A DNA stretch of 64,000 nt from Diplonema japonicum (GCA_964019335.1 OZ025693.1:186001-250000); one strand, 5' to 3'. Shown: positions 1 to 12,682, counted from the first letter of the stretch. The notes: generated from the letters alone by a model not told the origin. Numbers and translations are program-made.

Positions 1-325
1 TTTCTCCTTTTTTTTTTTTTTTTAAAATAATTTTTACTTTTTTAAAACTGAAAGGTTTCAAAGCATAAGAAAAAGGAAAAAAGGAAAAAAGGAAAGAAAA
101 AAAAAAAAAAAAAAAAGAGGAGGGAATAATGAAAGGAAAAGAAAAATAATTCTTTATGACTATATGTCTTTTTTTTTCTTCTTTCTTTTTTGTTGCTTCG
201 CACGAGCAAAAAATTCAATTAACGATTTGAAGAAGCTGCGAAAGTTTCTTGCTCGGCACAAGTAGCATATAGTTATAAAATCATTTTTCTTCGAAAGATA
301 AAATATTTTGTAACAAAAAAAAATA

Positions 326-1612
326 CCGGATTTGTATTTATATTGTTCAGCTTTAATAATGGTCTGGGGATTTAGTGTACTGTATAAATTATGTACCTTT
401 TTCGGATTTTGGACCCAACTTGGGACTTTTTACAGAACAATACAAAAGATTATTTTTATTATTTTTGGCTTGATCCCCCCCCCCCAGGACAGGCCCCACT
501 AAAATCAAAGTCACGTTTTCATGTCCCGCTTGGAGGAACCCCAGCCTGCCCGGAAGAACAAGAAGTGGACCGAGGCAGAGAAGGAGGAGCTGGGTGAACT
601 GGTCCGGCAATTCGACCTTTCAGCCGGAACGCGGAAGTGGAACGAGAAGCCCCCCAACAAGCCTGCCTCGAAGCCGGTTGCTGACCGGGCGAAACAGGAC
701 GTCACAGCTAAGCTACGCAATCGATCCCGCGAGATTGCCCATGGTGGGGGTGGGGAGGAAGAACCTGCAGATTATGCGTCCTTTTATTCTTGCCTGAAGT
801 GTCGAGGCTTACCGCAAGCTAACAGAAATCACAATCCGGGCCAGGGTTCGCTTACCTTTTTAACGATCTCCCACCCGGGTCTGCAACCGTGCCCCCACCC
901 ACTGAGGACGTTCCTGCGCCCTCGCCTGGCCCTCCGCTCCCGCCTTCCGAGGTCGAGCTGGTTCGAGAAGTGGTGGATGCAGATGCAGGAGTTGACCCGA
1001 TGGAGATTGATCCATTGGGGCCATTGGGACTGTCAGTCGACCCAGAACCAGCACCCGAAGACCCGGACATTGAGATCAATGAGATGTTCAGCAGGCTGGG
1101 CATCGACATTTCTGATGTACTTTCTTCTGACGAAGAAGCAGAAGAAGAAGAAATGCCTAACCAAGAAGCCTCAGCCCCAAGCCAAGCAGCGGTACCAAGC
1201 CAGGTGACCCCAAACCAACGAACGAACAACGTGATGAGGGTGCCCTGCCCCAACTGCAGCGCAACCCTCAAGCAGGTTAGAAAGGAGACCAGTGTGGGAG
1301 TGCACGGAATGCTCTGGTGAGCATGACATGAGCACCCGCGGGAGGGTCTGCCCGTCCTGCGACTATGTGGTGTGCTTTACGTGCAGGACTGGGCAATAGT
1401 GAACTAGAATTGCGGTAATACCACCCCCTCCCCGGCTGGGTATTTTGTTTTTGTCTTGGCATTTTTTATTTTTAGAGATATTTTCTGGGATTTTTTTTAT
1501 TTTTGTAAGTTTTATGTTCTGTCTTAATGGTGTTCTGTAAATATTATGTACCTTTTTCGAATTTTTTGCCCAATTTGGGACTTTTCACATAACAATATAA
1601 GTACAAATCCGG
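326..1612 (+). mobile_element. Non-autonomous TIR DNA element (Tc1/mariner-pogo-like, TA target site) with a frameshifted Myb-like + Cys-rich zinc-finger ORF
   Basis: Left end TA|CCGGATTTGTATTTATATTGTT; the right end is its near-perfect reverse complement ...AACAATATAAGTACAAATCCGG|TA. Internal + strand frames: KWTEAEKEEL (Myb-like), an acidic/Pro linker, CPNC, then in a shifted frame WECTEC...CPSCDYVVCFTC. Confidence 0.75.
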
Positions 1613-1919
1613 TAATAATAAAGAAGAAGGAAAATAAAATAAATAAAAAAATAAGAAAATAAAAAAAAGCAATAAGAATGAATTTTTTTTTAAATTAAAC
1701 CTATATCTTATTCCTCACTTTCTCTCGTGTTTGTTGCGAAAAACCGAATTTGCCGACAGTCGTAGAAATTTGACTTTTTTTTTTTTGGGGCTAAAGAAAA
1801 AGAGAGAAAGAGAACAGAGACTGAAAGGGGGTTTGGGGGGGAGGGTTCTTACCTGTGGAAACAGGTTGCATTCCCCTTCCCTGTCTTCCTTCGTGTGTTT
1901 AAAAAAATAAAATAAAACA

Positions 1920-2263
1920 CCGGATTTGTACTCATTTTGTTCTGTATTAATAATGTGCTGTTAATTTAATGATTTTGGACCCAACTTGGGATTTTTCACG
2001 GCATTCCAACTACATAACGCCCAAGGAATTGCAATCTTCTGCAGCATGTGCCTCAGGCGCCCCATTGAGATCGCCGATCAACAGTGTATCCTCTATGAGA
2101 AGGTGAATGCTGCGACGGTGGAACGCAATATACCGCAGTCGCCTTGTCATGCACCCGAAACAGGTCTGTCTTGTGGGGCTGCTGGGGGGGGGGGGGGGGG
2201 GTATGTTGTAAATTTTATGTTCTTTTTTTTTTTTTTTACATTACAAAATAAGTACAAATCAGG
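1920..2263. mobile_element. MITE of the same TIR family as 326-1612
   Basis: Starts CCGGATTTGTAC, ends GTACAAATCAGG|TA, and shares the subterminal GATTTTGGACCCAACTTGGGA motif. Confidence 0.7.
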
Positions 2264-2288
2264 TAAAAGATAAAAAAAAAAAAAAAAT

Positions 2289-2330
2289 GTGAGCTAAAGG
2301 AAGTCTTTGTGATACACCCTTTTATTCTCG
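2289..2330 (-). repeat. Isolated copy of the 3' tail of the LINE at 5870-7167
   Basis: TGAGCTAAAGGAAGTCTTTGTGATACACCCTTTTATTCTC matches TGAGTTGAAGGAAGTCTTTGTGAGACGCCCCCTTGTTCTC at ~5875-5914. Confidence 0.6.
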
Positions 2331-2974
2331 TCTTCAAAAAAAACTCGACACAACCCCGTACAGCTCTGCAAGTGCACCATGAGTATATGGTGGGGTATTT
2401 GTAGTCCAACTACATTGAAGAGCTTCTAACCCGTGCGGGGCGCCACCTTACAGACATGGCGTGCCTGGTCCCCGTTTCCTCGCGGTGGGGTGGGGGGGGG
2501 AAGCCAAAATGCGATCCATGTTACCGCTGTTTTGAAAGGTCTGGTTGTGCCTGGGGTGACAGTTGCTCGCCACAAGGATTGTCTTATTCCTGTCTCCCCG
2601 CCGTGCGTCACCCTGGTACATGCACCTAGATCCGGCAAAGGTCTTGCCGCCCCTTGGGAAAAAAAAAAACAAACAAAAAAAACAAAAACAAAAAAACACC
2701 GGTGTGTGTTCGTGTGTGTGTGTGTGTGTGTGTGTGTGGAGGAGAAGAAAAAAGAAACAATTAAGAAGAATTAAAAAAAAGAGGGGGGGGGAAGAAGAAG
2801 AAAAAAACACGGTTCAAGGCAAACAGACGATAAATACTTGTCTCCTTTGCCCCTTCTGAGTTACAGGCCACCGTGGGTGGTTGGAAAACGGGAAAGCCTT
2901 TGTTTGCTTACCGTGAACGGTGGGTTCCCCTGTAAAAAGGAAAAAAAAAATAAGAGTTAAAGGAGGCCGGTGTT

Positions 2975-3213
2975 GGCGCCTTGCACGAGAACTGTCTACT
3001 TGATTACAGGGGGTGCACCTCGGTCGGGTTGTAGCTTCTTCTGCGTTCCGCGTCGTGTCCTTAATGCGTGCGGTGTACAGCTCAACCCTAGCCGGGGTAA
3101 CCAAGATTCTGCGCTCATGCAGTTTGCTGCCTGTTCGTCACCCTGAGCATCTGCATTATGTTCTTCCACTCGGGCACAGCGAACAACACATCTGATGTTT
3201 TTTATCCCCACCA
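2975..3213 (+). repeat. Short dispersed SINE-like repeat family A, copy 1
   Basis: High identity to 56213-56496 and partial identity to 43053-43203 (e.g. CTTCTTCTGCGTTCCGCGTCGTGTCCTTAATGCGTGCGGTGT; GGTAACCAAGA). Confidence 0.8.
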
Positions 3214-3249
3214 CTTTGATAGAACAAAAAAAAAATATATATATATATA

Positions 3250-4715
3250 AAGGGGCCCCCTGAATAATCCCTTTATTTGGGCAGTGGAGGGGGGGTGTTA
3301 GGGCTCCAAAAAAAAAGAATTATCTGGAATACACTTATTTGGGTTGTATTTATTTGGGCTGGGGGGCCTGCCACATGGAAAGCAGGGAGCAGGGCTTAGA
3401 GCACTTTGGAAATCTTAACATGCCAAATCGTGCCAAGACTTTTTTCATGCCCTTTTTTTTTCCAAGGGAAATTTTAACAGTTTTTCTCCCAGGCTGTGGA
3501 GAACCCACAAACGTTGCAGACAAACTGCCTGGTTTTGGCATTAGGTGGTTGCTGGGAGGTTGCTGGGGTCTGAGAGGCTTGAGAAACTGTCAGGGCTTGA
3601 GAAGCTGCAAGGGCTTGGGAGGCTGCTGGAGTCTCATCAGGTGTAGTGTCCATTGTAACACCTGCAACAACATTCTGTGCTGCACTGTCTAAACTTTGCT
3701 AAGTGCCCTTAGCTGTATGGCCTCCTCAGAACTACCTGGAAGGTAGCCGTGAGATTGCATATAGCTAAAGGTGTTGAGCAGTTGCATGACCTTTCTCATG
3801 TGCTTGCCCTATCCACAGTGCCACGTTGACTCGGCACTCTGCTGCAGTCATCAACGTCCCACCTCGGCTGCTTGGGGCATGCCACAGCCCCCCTTAACCC
3901 CTCAAAATGGTGAGAAGCAGCCTCACAATACAGACTTTTCCTTTTCAATCGATTGTTATATTTGTACTAATAAAATATAGCGTGCATGATGGCACTGATC
4001 AAGCAACTGGCACCTTCTGAAGAAGGGCCTCCCACGTCTGCTGGGTTGAGCAGAGGATGCCCCAGGGTGGCCGTTCCAGTCTGATCATGTCACACTATAA
4101 TATTATAATATTTCTCATCTTCTATGGCTCACTGGGCCAGCACTCTTACTTGTGTAAGCAGCCTCACAATACTGCCAGTGGGCTACGACACAACTTTGGG
4201 ATCTTGCTCAGGAATGGAATATTGACATTGTGGGCCATGAAACAAAGCAAATACTGGATAAGTTGTCAACACATGAATGCACATGCCCTTCTGGCAATGC
4301 AGAAGCACCCAGGCCACCCACAAGCGCCTTTGAACTAAGTGGTTCTGTGAAATTTTGAACCGTTCATCACAAACCAGTTAGCTTCTTGCATTAAGAAAAA
4401 TAGTCCCCCACAATAACCCAGGTGCCAAACCCTGTGGTCCCTGTTCAAAATGCAAAGGAATTGCTCATAAGTGCCCAAAACCAGGTGAAAATCGACTTTT
4501 TGGTCAAAAAAGGGGTGTCATAATGGGTTAGGTAGGCTAGTACCCTGCACAGGCATAACTGAGAAAAGCCCATTGCATGACTACCATGTGACCCCCCCCA
4601 CCCTGGTCCCCAAAAAAAAAAAAGAAAGGGGGTTGGGAATTATTTGGGAAATTTGGAGTGGAAAAATCCCCAAAAAAAAAAAGAATTATTTGGGAAAAAA
4701 CACATTATTTGGGAG
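3250..4715 (-). mobile_element. Decayed transposon relic with broken Myb-like and C2H2 coding remnants
   Basis: Minus-strand fragments LPGSSEEAIQLR and RQFVCNVCGFSTAWEKN interrupted by stops; a TTATTTGGG motif repeated near both ends; strong CpG depletion. Runs into the assembly gap. Confidence 0.4.
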
Positions 4716-4915
4716 NNNNNNNNNNNNNNNNNNNNNNNNNNNNNNNNNNNNNNNNNNNNNNNNNNNNNNNNNNNNNNNNNNNNNNNNNNNNNNNNNNNNN
4801 NNNNNNNNNNNNNNNNNNNNNNNNNNNNNNNNNNNNNNNNNNNNNNNNNNNNNNNNNNNNNNNNNNNNNNNNNNNNNNNNNNNNNNNNNNNNNNNNNNNN
4901 NNNNNNNNNNNNNNN
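4716..4915. other. Assembly gap (200 N)
   Basis: Run of n characters. Confidence 1.
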
Positions 4916-5869
4916 CCTGTTGTGCTTAACGGCAACAGGGTCTTTTCGATGCTTTGCTTCCACTATTCTCGAGCCCTTGTCTCCCTCGAATCCGGGCCCC
5001 TTTGCCAGCAGCGTGTCTGGTGTCGGTGTCTTCATGCGCGCGAGCTCCACCAATGGGATGCTGGGAAGGCGTGTTTGCTGCTTGGTGGTTGGTGGTGCCT
5101 GCGACCAAACACAACATCGCCCACCCGTCTATGAACTCCTGCCCCACCACGGGGCAAAGCACTGCCTGTTGAGGTCCTTCGAAGGTTTTGACACTCAGAC
5201 ACCTGGCTTTCCCTGTTGAAGTTTCAGCCAAAAAAGATTCTCGCATCATTCTCGCAAGAATTTGGTGCGAGTCGTTTTACCACTTTGCCCCCCCCCCCCC
5301 CCCCCCTCAGTTTAAACATGATTTGGTGCTTCCCTACGTGGCGGCTGAAAAAGATGGTGGTATTACAGGCACCCAGAGGGTGCCCCCTCAAATAAACAAA
5401 GAAAACATTGCTTAAATATAGGTCATTGTATTGTCCCCCCCCCCCCCCCCCCCCATCTCCCTATAAATCGTGAGCGTTCGATACTTAGAAGCACCCGCTT
5501 TGCACGTTGGAGTTAGTAGTTATAGAAAAATGGAAAATAGCACTTTGAAGTAAAACAAAAAATGAAATAAAAAAAAGCTTCATTGTGCACAATCTTCCCC
5601 CCCCCCAAATAAAGTCGATGAGCTGTGGAGAATTAGGACTATTCGAGTTAAAAAGAGTGATTTTTCTCGCAAAAGAAGAAAAAAAAAACCCCCCTAGTAG
5701 AATATCTAAAATAGTTCCAAAAGAAAAAAAGTAGAGTTGGTGAAAATAACTCAATCCCCCCCCTTTTTTTTTCCTCTTTTTTTTGAAATAGATACAAAGG
5801 GTACTGTTTCCAAGTCAACCCCACAGATTTCTTTTTACGGCAACGGAAAAAAGAAAAGAAGAAAAAAAT

Positions 5870-7167
5870 ATATATGAGTTGAAGGAAGTCTTTGTGAGAC
5901 GCCCCCTTGTTCTCATGCTCTACCTGCACCTATCCCCCTTCAGCAGCGGTTTCTCCTTCTTCGGTGGTCGTGCCGGCCTCCTCCCCAGCTTGGCTACTTT
6001 TTCCCTTCTTTCCTTTGCCCATTGCTTCCCCAGCTCCTCCAGGTCGTACTTGGTCTTCGTTGATGCAAAGATTGCTCTTCTACTCCACCCGATCACCGCC
6101 TTCGTCCCTCCGATTGATCGCAGCGTATGTACTCTCTTGCATGGTTCAGCAGGGAAGGCCCTCCTTCCTTTCACCTTCTTCTGCAGTCTCCCTAGTTCCC
6201 ATGTGTTCCACACCTTCTTCATCACCGTGTGCAGTCTCCTGGCCTTCTGTCGCACCTCTGCCAACTCCCCTAGCTTCCCTCCAAGGGATTTCTGGGTCAC
6301 GTTTTCGAAATCCAGCGCCAGCTCCACCGTCGACACTGCCGTGCTTCTGTTCCCTCCATACCAGCGCAGCTGCTTGAGCCATTTCAGCACCGGTTTCGTG
6401 TACTCCTTCAGGGTGTTGCCGGTCTGCAGCCTCGCGAACTCCTCCTCTGTTGGTGCTGGGTGTGCCTCCCCCTCCGTGATCTCCAGCCATTGGTGTGTCC
6501 GGTAGATCTGCTGCCTCTTTGCCTGCAAGGCTGCGTCGCGTTCCCCCACCACAGCCAGCAGGTAACGCTGGGTCTTCTCGAGCCTGTCCTTGTCCTCCTT
6601 GGCCGCTTCCCTCGGGAGGATGCCATGGAGCCTCATGCACGGTTCTAGGCCTGTTCGTGTCGTGCCTGCATGTGCCTCCCGTTGCCCTACTTCGACAGCC
6701 AGTTCGCACTCCCACAGTGCATGCTCCAGGATGTTGGATACCTGTTGCATCTGACCGCATACGTCGCAGCGTGCCGTTGCGGGTTCGTCCTGCTGCCTCT
6801 GCTCCGCCAGCAGCATGCGCTCCAGCTCCGCGACTTCCCCTTCTCCTCCCGCCTCTCTTTCTTCTTCGTCTTCTGAGTCGTCTCGGGAATCTTCTTCGTC
6901 CACCTCATCCTCCGTCGGTGGGATGTGTGCCACTGCGTCCGTCCGCCATCCCCGTGGGTGGATGTAGAAAACCGCGCCTGTGATCACCCTGCGTAGGTTC
7001 CTTGCTGCGATGGGGTCCGACGACGCCAGCTTCCCCCATAGCTCGTTTGTCTCGACAGCGGCTGCCGTCGCCATTCCTTTCATGGAGCTCCGTTTTCCCA
7101 TGATGGCCTCCGCTTCACCACGCCTGAGCTTGTCTCTGATGTAGTGTCGGAACCGCTCCTTCTCCAA
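5870..7167 (-). mobile_element. 5'-truncated non-LTR retrotransposon (ORF C-terminus with CCHC zinc knuckle)
   Basis: Open 415-codon frame with no ATG at its start, beginning abruptly at a T tract. Contains CDVCG-x8-EHALWEC followed by PCMRLHGILP, typical of the region after LINE RT/RNase H. GC-rich relative to flanks; the 3' tail recurs at 2289. Confidence 0.7.
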
Positions 7168-7492
7168 AAAAAAAGGAGAGAATTACGGAGGGTGGGAAAA
7201 AAAAAATGGAGGGCCAGTCATTTGTACTTACACACGCAAGGTGTGTTGTAACATTTCGACGCTGCCGTAAAAAGGATTTTTTTTTCTTTTCCCCCCTTCT
7301 TCATTTGATAGAGAAAAAGCCATCGTCCATCGGAGAATAGGGGGGAAGAGGGAGGGTATTAGTGAGATGTATGTGTATATATATGTGTGTTATCTTCTCC
7401 CCTTTCCCCCCCTCTTTTTTTTCTTTTTTTTTTTTCTCTTTTTTTTCTTCTTTCCCCTAAGTATGTACAACTCTTTTTTTTTCTCTCTTTTC

Positions 7493-9834
7493 TTACACCC
7501 CCGTCGTGTCTAAAAATCGAACAGATTGCAGTCTCTTTAGAAAAAAAAAAATTTTTTTTTCTTTTTATTCTCCCGTTGCCTAACACATACCACTTCACGC
7601 CTTTGGCTTGATGGTTCTAGCACGCAAGCTAAAGGAACTTTCATTGAAGTCCTTCGTGGCCGTGCAGAAGGGTCAAACGAAGAAGCGTTGCTCTGGTGCC
7701 TCTGCGGGTTGACAATAATCTCCGGGGGCGAATTCTTCCGAATCTGAATGAGCTGAGAAGTACCAGTCGGAGACAGAGAAGATGTCTCCCCACCACTATA
7801 CAGGTACTCCTCCCCCCACACCTTCCTCCAAATATCTATCGTGTGATCTATGGCACTCTCGTACGTGCATGACGAAGGAACACGAAGACCGTAGTTCATC
7901 GTATTTCCTTTAAGAAGAGGCTGCCATACCTTGCAAGGCAAACATTGATACACGTGAAGCATAAGAAGAATTCCGCATGTTGGAATGAGGGGAATATCCG
8001 GTGAAATATCAGAGTACGCCTTCAACGAGAGCAACGCGAGAAATTTCTGAAACCGAAGCATGGACGTCGCGGAGTAGCACAGAAGCGTGTCTTTGAACTC
8101 CGACACCTTCGCGACATGCTTCTCAAAGTACGGAAGCTCATCACCGAAATCCAAGGAAAAATCCGTCCCGTACAAATCGGCAGCAGGGAGGTGTTGCATC
8201 ATGAAGGATTCATCTGAATCGTCAACACATTCCACAGGCCATCCATATGACTGTGAACCAGTTGATCCATATGCGGTTGCCCATATCAGTCTCGATTCTA
8301 CATATCTAGAATGGCTGTCTACCAAACACGAAGTTCTATCAATTCCGTGATAGTAATTGTCCATTACGTAACCTAAAAGATTTGTGCAGTCCCGTGCGTA
8401 TTTGTTTGGGTGCAGCATGTGAAGGTAATGCAGGACGGAGACGTCCAGCGGTGCGATAATCTTCATGGTGTGCTTGTCCTGCAGGAGCAGAAACATTTTA
8501 TACCTCGACAATGAGGTTTTAAGGTCACGTGTCAATGTGTGGAAGTTGTGGTGATAGTGGTCAAGGAGGTTAACATGGTATTTATACCGTATTTCCCAGT
8601 CGAACCCGAAGTCGAGCTTGTAGTAGCACGATTTGGTGAGGCTTACTAGGTTTTCACCAACATTGTAGGTGAAGTGTGCGCTTAGTTCTATACCGTTGAG
8701 GTGTTGTAGAGGGAGGCCTAGGAGCGGGAGGGGTATTTTTGTTGAATAAGGGTTTGTGTTTCTTTCCGTTGATTTCCATTCTTTGAAGACGAGGCTTTTG
8801 AGGTTTTTCAGCCTTGCGATCTCCCTCCAAACTTTTTCGTCACCCTTGGGGTTCCTCGTGAACTTGTTGTTCGCAACTTCCAAACACTCGAGACTGTCGC
8901 CGGAATCGGATCTACACAAAATCTCCAAATCCGCCAAATAGTTATCGTTCAGCTTCAAAATTTGAAGTGATTTTTTTTCACATAACTGTGCAAGCTCCGC
9001 GGATACTTTTTGCAAGCAGTTGTTCGAAAGATCCAGTGCTCTCAGCCTATCCATCTCTGCGATGTTTTCAAAATTCTCCAAATAATTCCTCGACACGTCT
9101 AGACTCGTTAATGGAAGTTCCACCAGACCATCCGGGAGAGATCTCCACAACATGCACTGCACCGTCAAACTTTCCAGCTTTCTCATGCTTCCCAGATTTG
9201 AAAACGTGGATCTCTCAATGGGATTACCTGAAATCCTAAGATCTTCCAGCCCCTCAACTAACAAAATATCTTGCGACAGTGTAAACAGGTTGCACCAAGA
9301 CAGGTCAAGGACCCGAAGCTCCCGCATGTACTGAATATTTCTAAGAACGATATTTGAGTTTCTCGACAAGTCCAGGTTTGTGATGATTTGATTCCCCCAC
9401 AACGCATTCGGGATCTCTTGTAACCGCGTGCCGGATAGACATAATTTTGTCAAATTGGAGCATTTTTGAAGGCTTTTCAAGGAGCCCGTGTTTACTAGCG
9501 CGTTTCCCGCCAGGCTGAGGTGTGCCAATTGGGGCAGCCTGACAACGACGCTTGGGATCTTTGTGATGTTGTTTCGTTCTAATATTAATTCAGAGAGGTC
9601 GCCCCATGAGCCGGAATCGCCCATGCCGGACGGGAGATCCTTCAATTGAGTTTCTGAGACCGTCAGTTTTTTAATATTTTCGGTTCCGACGTATTCTGGT
9701 AAAGCTTCCATCTGCTGGTCGATGATCTCTAGTTTGCTTCTTCCATTCGGCACAGTGATTCTGCCCTTCCCATCACGTTGGCCAAAGAGAACAGCGTGGG
9801 GACTGCCGTCTTGGACAGAGCTGCTGCAGCCCAT
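7493..9834 (-). CDS. N-acylated leucine-rich-repeat protein with C-terminal GRDP/DUF1399-like domain; 2 exons (intron 7535-7590)
   Basis: MGCSSS myristoyl/palmitoyl motif; about 12 LxxLxLxxN repeats; RYKMFLLL..PLDVSVLHYLHMLHPNKYARDC DUF1399-like motif. A GTATGT..CTAAAG intron gives the ending RLQSVRFLDTTGV*. Confidence 0.85.
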
Positions 9835-10276
9835 GCCAGACTCATCGGGGGGGGGGGGAGGAGGTGGTGGTGGTTTTTTTTTTCCCCCCCTTCCCTCCTG
9901 TTTTTTTTTTTTTGTTTTTGTTTTTGTTTGCAGCGGCTATATTTAAAAAAAAAAAGAAAATAAGAAAAAAATAAATGTTGTGTAAATGTGTGGGTAGGGG
10001 GAAATAGGAAGAAAAAGAAGAAAGAGAAAAGAAAAGAAGAAAAAAAACAAAAGCTTCTTTGAAAAGGATAAAAAAAATAATAATAAATAACACATAAAAA
10101 AAAAGTAGTTTATGGACCATTAGAAAAAATTTTTTTTTGTATGGTCTTTTATTAGAAGGGTTTTCTTTATTCATTTTTTTTTCTTTAATGTTCCTCCTTT
10201 TTTTAAAAAAAAGAAAAGAGCCTTTTTTTTTCCTTCTTTCTTTCTTTCTTTCTTTCTGTCAGCGTGGAATATGGAC

Positions 10277-10594
10277 AAATAAAATAAAATAAAATAAAAT
10301 AAAATAAAATAAAATAAAATAAAATAAAATAAAATAAAATAAAATAAAATAAAATAAAATAAAATAAAATAAAATAAAATAAAATAAAATAAAATAAAAT
10401 AAAATAAAATAAAATAAAATAAAATAAAATAAAATAAAATAAAATAAAATAAAATAAAATAAAATAAAATAAAATAAAATAAAATAAAATAAAATAAAAT
10501 AAAATAAAATAAAATAAAATAAAATAAAATAAAATAAAATAAAATAAAATAAAATAAAATAAAATAAAATAAAATAAAATAAAATAAAATAAAT
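10277..10594. repeat. (AAAAT)n pentanucleotide microsatellite, ~63 units
   Basis: Perfect tandem array. Confidence 0.98.
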
Positions 10595-10704
10595 GCCACG
10601 TTTTCACATGGGAAGAAAAAAAGAAAAAAAAAAAAAAACAAGAGAGGGATAGAGAATAATAATAATAATAATAAAGAAAAAAAGAAGAAGAAAAAAAACC
10701 AAAT

Positions 10705-12095
10705 TCAAAGCCCATCATCTTCCGACTTTTCATCGTCATAATTGTCAAGAGCGATACCGGGCTTCTTGTCGTCATCATTAACTTTTTTTTTTTTTAAAAA
10801 AAAAATCTTTTTTTTCTTTCCATACCCAAAGGGATCGCCTCGTACCCGCTTGACAACAACGCCAGCGTTTTCTCGCCAGGCCATAACAGAACCCCCATGA
10901 GCAGCAACAACAAGGTCCTCATCAAAATATCACTCATAAAAACAGTCTTAAAGCGAACCCAAGGATCGATAAGAACAGCGACCAACAGCAAAACAGGAAG
11001 CAGCAAAATCTGCGCCCCGAACGCAAACCCATATGTGATGAACAGGGTGTGGTGCGTAGCGACAAGCTTCAACGTATCACGCAAAGAATACGCGTAATAT
11101 CCAAGAATAGGAACACGGAGAATAGCAAGGAGTATACCAGGCACTGTTGTGTAAGGGTAAGACATATCCCACGCGTTCATGTCAAGCTGGGCAATGAGAA
11201 GCAAAACATGCACAATGACAAGCGACACAAAAAATACAGCGAGCGTCTTTCTGCGTTTTTGAAGAGACTCGTATTTCTTCAATGGCGACACCTCCACCAC
11301 CTTGAAACCCATTGCGAACACCAAAATCAACAGAAGAAACATTAAGTGTGCTATTGTGTCCATTGCCTGTCCCGACGTAACCAAGCCCACATTCCCGACA
11401 CCCGAGCTGGCAAACTGTAGATACTCTGCCATTAACAGTCCGCTTGCTACGATTTGCAAACCAATGGTGATGAGGTAATGTTGCATAACAGGGTGGAATG
11501 GAGGTGTCGTCACCGCTTTGTACGTGTACACCCCAGCAAATGCCACCAAAGTGCACACCACGGCTATGAGGCATTCTAGGATCCAGTTTTTATCGCTGCT
11601 GAATTGTTTCGAAAAGAATCCCCCCGGGTTGGTCATGTCAACAATTACTTCTCCTTGCGTGACTTTCCCCACACATGACGATCTTGCTAAGTAGAAATAC
11701 CAAACGTGTGTTCGGCTGCTTCCTGGTACATGGACTTGGCCTATTTTCTTAGGGGACGGTCTGTAACGCAGGCTGCCCTCTGATCCAGAAAGGCCTGTTT
11801 TCAAACAGATAGTTCTCATTTCCGACTCCGTCCCGCCTTGTAAAAGCAGGCTTTCTGCAACGCTCCAGCTTCCTTCGATGTCCACGTAGCCGCGTAATTC
11901 GAGGTCGTCCGCCTCGTGGCTGCTGTAGTCCCAGCTGAAAAGTGTTTCTGTATCTTTGGCCTCGCCTGAGGTCTTTGCGTAGGTGAATTTTCCAATGAAC
12001 TGCCAGGGCTTGTCACTGTCTAGTTTTACCACAGAATGCAAAGCCGTAACTTGGTTGATTACGCATAAGGCGGCAAATGTTGCTATGTGGCGCAT
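10705..12095 (-). CDS. GPR180/TMEM145-like (GOST/lung-7TM-type) membrane protein; 2 exons (intron 10782-10825)
   Basis: Signal peptide, WQFIGKF, lumenal domain with RTHVWYF and NPGGFFSKQFS, then 7 TM segments. Splicing yields an acidic tail VNDDDKK...EDDGL*. Confidence 0.85.
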
Positions 12096-12135
12096 TTTTT
12101 ATTTTTTATTTTTTTTTATAAATAATGGTAGACCT

Positions 12136-12166
<31 letters not shown>

Positions 12167-12248
12167 TTTCTTCGAGATGGGAAAAAAAAAAAGGGAAAAA
12201 GGGGGGAAAACACTTTTCACACACTGTTCCCCCTTTTTTTTTTTTTTT

Positions 12249-12682
12249 TTACTCGGTTCGCTGCTTTTTACTCGCTGGTTCGCCGCCTTCTACGGGGAGC
12301 GTTTGTAGGTATTCCACATCGCTGTCGGTGGCCAGCCGGACCTTAAGGTTCGATTCTCTGAACGGAATTAGGTCTTCCGGTATTTCAATCTACATTGTTT
12401 TCTCCTTTTTCCCCTCCCTTATCTTTAACCGCATACATTTTGTGCATTTGAAATGAATAAGTAGCAAACACCTTTACTGGCATTGAGGTGGGTAAAGATC
12501 ACATCATCCCGAATAGTTTTCTGTGTGTTACCGTGAGAAGAAAAGAAGAAGAAAAAAAAAAATCATACCAAATTCTTGCTGTAGAAGGCTCTCATATCAC
12601 GCCATTCGCTGTTCTCGGGGATGCCTTCCAGTACAACGATGTTTTCCCGTTCTAAGATATTGGCCGCATTTTGGCTGGGGGT

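Noticed and set aside
4573-5219. ORFs containing X runs
   Set aside because: Artefacts spanning the N gap.
10171-10778. ORFs made of FILFY repeats
   Set aside because: Translation of the (AAAAT)n microsatellite.
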